Both the position numbers and the translations under genes were made by a program. A stretch of DNA of 63,856 bases, the filler included. It is 6 parts of 6 records of this genome, joined end to end, with 100 filler letters (N's around TTAATTAATTAA, not from the genome) between each part and the next. Parts side by side here need not be neighbours in the genome. Positions count along the whole stretch, not along the records: positions 56,466 to 63,856 come from SRR31147125_32348; 5 more parts are not named here. The stretch is one strand, 5' to 3'. Below the pieces are notes generated by a model. That model did not search any database, was not told the origin of the DNA, and saw only the letters and a list, made by a program, of their open reading frames with translations. Position 1 is the stretch's first letter. Each line of letters opens with the position of its first letter. Positions 61,001-63,856 of this stretch are shown here, in pieces.

Positions 61001-61081
61001 CATATAGACGATCCAAATATTGACTTTCTAAAATTCGTGAATCCTAGAACCGTCTTTTTTGGCATAAAAGCTGAATTCTAG
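58043..61081 (+). CDS. TonB-dependent receptor with N-terminal carboxypeptidase-regulatory-like domain
   Basis: AGTTGKIAG.VKD..SGEPLPGVNI, IRGG, GGFNAEYGNVRSG.IN, ISPRLGISHPI, C-terminal Phe; AGGAG RBS before ATG 58043. Confidence 0.9.
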   Translation: MKKYKSQLGFTFICLILLIFQGDMFAGTTGKIAGTVKDVESGEPLPGVNIVLTGTSLGAATDLEGYYFIVNIPPGSYSVAASMIGYAGVTKTNVNVSVDHTTSVNYDLTTTTIAGEEVTIVAEREVVQMDMSASQIVADAEKITSIPVVTDLNQYMNLEAGIENDLIRGGGLDQVGFMMDGLMVVDNRSNKPLMMVNLSSVKEVNIIKGGFNAEYGNVRSGLINVITKEGSPAMYNGSLDFRISPAHYKHEGASLFDHDNYFLKPYLDPDVMWVGTQNGTWDEETQRQYPQFMGWNAYSEKLISDDDPTNDMTPVQARDLFLWQHMAEGSGALQQKEGEYGNKPDWNVDASFSGPVPLVGKYLGDLSFFASYRNNWDMFALPTNRDYYKEENTHLKITSRLTPSMKLMVEGLYGEVNTVARTPWSGRESYLTNGNAILYNIAAEDGTKGAHLYYPSALSPFDIYRTMQGLSFEHVLSPSTFYTVKLSHTRVKNFANGWDVTRDTTTARYFGNYAVDEQPWGYWHEGGSKRTMDGMIYIAKAARTRDWSEINTMNLKVDLTSQIDKYNQVKLGFVVNYDDIDTNFGYKEPAAEFRTWWRITRKFPVRAGGYIQDKLEFEGMIANFGVRLDYNDPNTYWFTVDRYSDYFKKQYRDIFTQVAPTEEAKGHLKISPRLGISHPISENAKLYFNYGHFYSMPTSESMYDIDFGVTGATRGIRYIGNPSANLPKTVAYELGWEYDLADMILFHVSGYYKDVSDQTSNVYYTNYDNSVDYRTIENKNYADIRGFELRIDKRFGQWISGWLNYNYMVTTSGYFGRQHYYQDPRKQKIYGLENPYQEKPVARPVMRANLLFGTPQNWGPIFAGFKPLANVQASILFYWKAGRWMTHDPLYTAELQQNLQWKDNYNFDARLSKRFRLGRYSFTLFADIINLFNTKYLSNLAFIDAEDQRAYYASLHLPMYEGKEYQEAGYTPGDDKPGDLSSDGKPHIDDPNIDFLKFVNPRTVFFGIKAEF

Positions 61082-61111
61082 CAAGATGTATAAGCTAAGG
61101 GAGTACAAGCT

Positions 61112-63280
61112 ATGAATAAATTATCGCCCATCATATCACTTCTATGTGCTATTGTTTTGTTATTTTCTTTGCACTTTGCTTACGCGAGTGTTTCAAAGTA
61201 CGTAGGAGTAGGGAAATGTCATCACCTGATTTATGATACTTCTGAGTTTGGATCAACAGGTGGTCGACATTACCATGGATATTATTATACGAATGATTTT
61301 CTGCGAGGCTTTGTTCAAGGCGGTGGATGGCATTTGGCCGCACGGGATTGGACGGATCAACATGGAGAATATCATCGTGTTGGGATGTCAGCAGCCGCCG
61401 AGATAGCTATAAATGAAGGTGAAGAGGTCATACCTGTGCCGGACGAGGAAGGGATCACCATTCGCAGATACATGCGATATCAGCCTCCCACAATTATTGT
61501 AGATGGATTTCAGTTGGATGAACCGTTCCCCATGACAGGTGATGAAGTAAACCCGGATGTTATACCTGGCACCGCCGATATAATGGTGGAATCCTGGATT
61601 AATACTTCTATAGGTGTTACAATTCATCAAAGAGTTTTGGCCTGGTCGCAAACGAATCATGATGATTATATAATAGAAGAATTTACATTCACAAACACGG
61701 GCAATGTAGACCTTGACGATGAAATTGAACTTCCAAACCAGATTTTAAATGATTTATATTTTTTGCGAGATAACAGGTTCCGGGATGATTATGGACATGG
61801 ATTGCCAAGCTATCGTGGAAATTGGCATAGTTGTTATGGAGAACGGCCAGGAGATAGTTTGAGAATATCATATAGTTATCCTTCCGTACCTCCAGATCTG
61901 GATTACGATGCGTTTGGTTTTCCAGATCATGTGAATACAGGAATGCTCGTGTCACCGGAATATGTTGGTGAAGTTTATCTCCATGTTGATGAATCGCCAG
62001 AAAATTCTATCGACGACCCTTCTCAGCCACAGATGACTGGTGCGAATACTGTTGGTAATCGTTGGCAAAGAGCGGATGCCAGTAGTAGCAGCCTGGAGGA
62101 CCTGGATCTGCTTTATGAGTTAATGCAGTTTGGATTTGGACCTTTTCAGGGGACACCCTACATGGAGGATTGCTATGAGGGGACACACCATAATGTGAGA
62201 ATGGATGAGTATGGATATAAATATACGCCCGATATCCCCTGGAATGCTCCTCTTGGTATCTGCCACTCATTTACAGCGAGTGGTCCTTTCACATTAAAAC
62301 CGGGAGATTCCATCACCATCGCCTGGGCTGTCACACTAGGCTCACCTGCACCTGAAAAATCCTGGGAAATAGGAACCGCATGGAAGGCAGGAAACTGTCA
62401 ATGGGATGGGCCAAACGATCTGGCAGATTACTATCCAACGTTTCGGGATTTCCCGGAAATTGCACCCACTGAAAATGATCAAGCCAAAGATCGCTGGGTT
62501 TGTACTGGTAAGGACTCACTCTTTAGAAACGCCACGAATGCCCTTTGGAATTATCAACATGGTTTCAATGTACCAATACCACCGCCGCCTCCATCCATTG
62601 AAATAAAATCTTTACCTGATCGGGTGAATATATCATGGGGTACCGAGTCAGAGCAGGCATCCGATTTTGCTGGCTACAGGGTCTATCGAGCAATGGGAAA
62701 TCCCGGTCCCATTCTATTGGAGAACCAGCTTGTTGGCTCTTGGCATCTTATTTTTGAATGTGGTGAAGGAACTGGTAACACTCTTACACACAGTTATGAT
62801 GATGTGGATGCGGAACGCGGAAAGGCCTATTATTATTATGTGACGGCATTCGATAATGGGCTTGAAAATGGCGATGATGTATTTGGTCCGGGTAAACCCC
62901 TGGAGAGTGGTGCCTATTTGAATCGAACAATCCGACCAGCTTATCTCACCAGAAGTCCTGGAAACACTCTTGCCGATATTCGAGTGGTTCCAAATCCGTT
63001 TAATTTAGGTGCTAGTGAACTCCAGTACATCGGAGAGCCTGATAAAATTATTTTTATGGAGCTTCCGCCTGTCTGTGACATCAAGATTTATTCGGAAAGT
63101 GGCGACCTGATCAAGACCATTAAACATACCGATGGATCTGGTGACGAATCATGGGGTGTATTAGCTGAAGAACATTCCACTACCGAAACCGGTCAGATAG
63201 TTGTAAGTGGGATCTACATCGCTTATATAGAAACACCAGAAGGTGAAAGTGTTATACTGAAATTTGCAGTTGTGAGATAA
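61112..63280 (+). CDS. Secreted protein with Fn3-like domain and T9SS-type C-terminal domain
   Basis: Signal peptide; PPPPP..I.......ISW...DFAGYRVYR...YYYYVTAFD; IRVVPNPF...IKIYSESGDLI...SGIYI...KFAVVR. Confidence 0.78.
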   Translation: MNKLSPIISLLCAIVLLFSLHFAYASVSKYVGVGKCHHLIYDTSEFGSTGGRHYHGYYYTNDFLRGFVQGGGWHLAARDWTDQHGEYHRVGMSAAAEIAINEGEEVIPVPDEEGITIRRYMRYQPPTIIVDGFQLDEPFPMTGDEVNPDVIPGTADIMVESWINTSIGVTIHQRVLAWSQTNHDDYIIEEFTFTNTGNVDLDDEIELPNQILNDLYFLRDNRFRDDYGHGLPSYRGNWHSCYGERPGDSLRISYSYPSVPPDLDYDAFGFPDHVNTGMLVSPEYVGEVYLHVDESPENSIDDPSQPQMTGANTVGNRWQRADASSSSLEDLDLLYELMQFGFGPFQGTPYMEDCYEGTHHNVRMDEYGYKYTPDIPWNAPLGICHSFTASGPFTLKPGDSITIAWAVTLGSPAPEKSWEIGTAWKAGNCQWDGPNDLADYYPTFRDFPEIAPTENDQAKDRWVCTGKDSLFRNATNALWNYQHGFNVPIPPPPPSIEIKSLPDRVNISWGTESEQASDFAGYRVYRAMGNPGPILLENQLVGSWHLIFECGEGTGNTLTHSYDDVDAERGKAYYYYVTAFDNGLENGDDVFGPGKPLESGAYLNRTIRPAYLTRSPGNTLADIRVVPNPFNLGASELQYIGEPDKIIFMELPPVCDIKIYSESGDLIKTIKHTDGSGDESWGVLAEEHSTTETGQIVVSGIYIAYIETPEGESVILKFAVVR

Positions 63281-63339
63281 ATCTTGAATTGTCTGGTTTT
63301 TTGACCTGAAAAATCAGGATCAACAGGAGGTAAAGTAAA

Positions 63340-63856
63340 ATGAAAAAAATAACGATATTTATCCTATTTATTTTTATCTCTGCTATCCTTGTAGTGCCTG
63401 CACAATCAGCTATTAAAAAACTGGCCCAGACAGGTTTACAGTTTCTAAAAGTCGATGTAGGTACTCGGGCTGCAGCTATGGGTGGAGCCTTTGATATGGT
63501 CGGTAACGATGCGAATGCCCTCTTTTATAATCCGGCCGGCATTGCCAAAGTACAATCAAGCTTTGATTTGTTAGCCAGTAGAACGGAGTGGATTGCGGAT
63601 ATCTCATATAATGCCCTCGGTTTAGTCAAAAATCTTGATACATGGGGTCATGTTGGTGTTAGCTTTATTGCTGCTGATTATGGTGATAATATAATTGGTA
63701 CCCGGGTTGCTTCGACTGAAAAAGGTTATATGGAAACGGGAAATCTTGACTTTGGGGCCTACGCTGTTGGTGTTGCTTATGCCCGGGCCCTGACCAACAA
63801 ATTCACTGTTGGTGGTCAGATCAAATATGCCTATCAGCACCTGGGAGAAAATCTTT
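63340..63856 (+). CDS. PorV/PorQ family outer-membrane protein, 3'-truncated (not in ORF track)
   Basis: Manual translation MKKITIF...KLAQTGLQFLKVDVGTRAAAMGGAF...DANALFYNPAGIA...WIADI; AGGAGG RBS. Confidence 0.85.
   Translation, partial: MKKITIFILFIFISAILVVPAQSAIKKLAQTGLQFLKVDVGTRAAAMGGAFDMVGNDANALFYNPAGIAKVQSSFDLLASRTEWIADISYNALGLVKNLDTWGHVGVSFIAADYGDNIIGTRVASTEKGYMETGNLDFGAYAVGVAYARALTNKFTVGGQIKYAYQHLGENL

Overview
This window is not one locus. It is six unrelated contigs joined by five identical 100-nt artificial spacers (44 N + TTAATTAATTAA + 44 N); taxonomic impressions below are inferred from gene content only. Contig A (1-10558, FCB/KSB1-like) carries a membrane spermidine-synthase-like protein, an addiction-module/RelE-ParE TA pair, a B12 radical SAM enzyme, a YhcH-like lipoprotein, a UroD-family protein, a BNR/sialidase-like lipoprotein and an FG-GAP/ASPIC T9SS protein. 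Contig B (10659-24645, FCB/KSB1-like) carries a multi-Ig protein, a trio of leaderless minor-pilin-like genes and a sigma54-driven exopolysaccharide operon containing a transposase-derived ORF. Contig C (24746-30813, Clostridia-like) carries hom (partial), coaX, a panT-like ECF S component with a pan-motif-like leader, rarA, a lipoprotein and two V4R-like paralogues. Contig D (30914-46304, probably Desulfobacterota) carries a PilZ-cNMP-Ser/Thr kinase and a >4,580-aa propeller/cadherin/RTX giant protein. Contig E (46405-56365, Desulfobacterota-like) carries a hybrid histidine kinase, a sigma54 livKHMGF operon with a 100-bp MITE, and a Cache-PAS sensor. Contig F (56466-63856, FCB/KSB1-like) carries an IS4 remnant, an AraC pseudogene and a TonB receptor - T9SS cargo - PorV cassette. 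Three genes are split by a one-base deletion in a 5-nt homopolymer, probably sequencing error. No rRNA, tRNA or CRISPR array was seen. All family calls are by eye; no database search was run.
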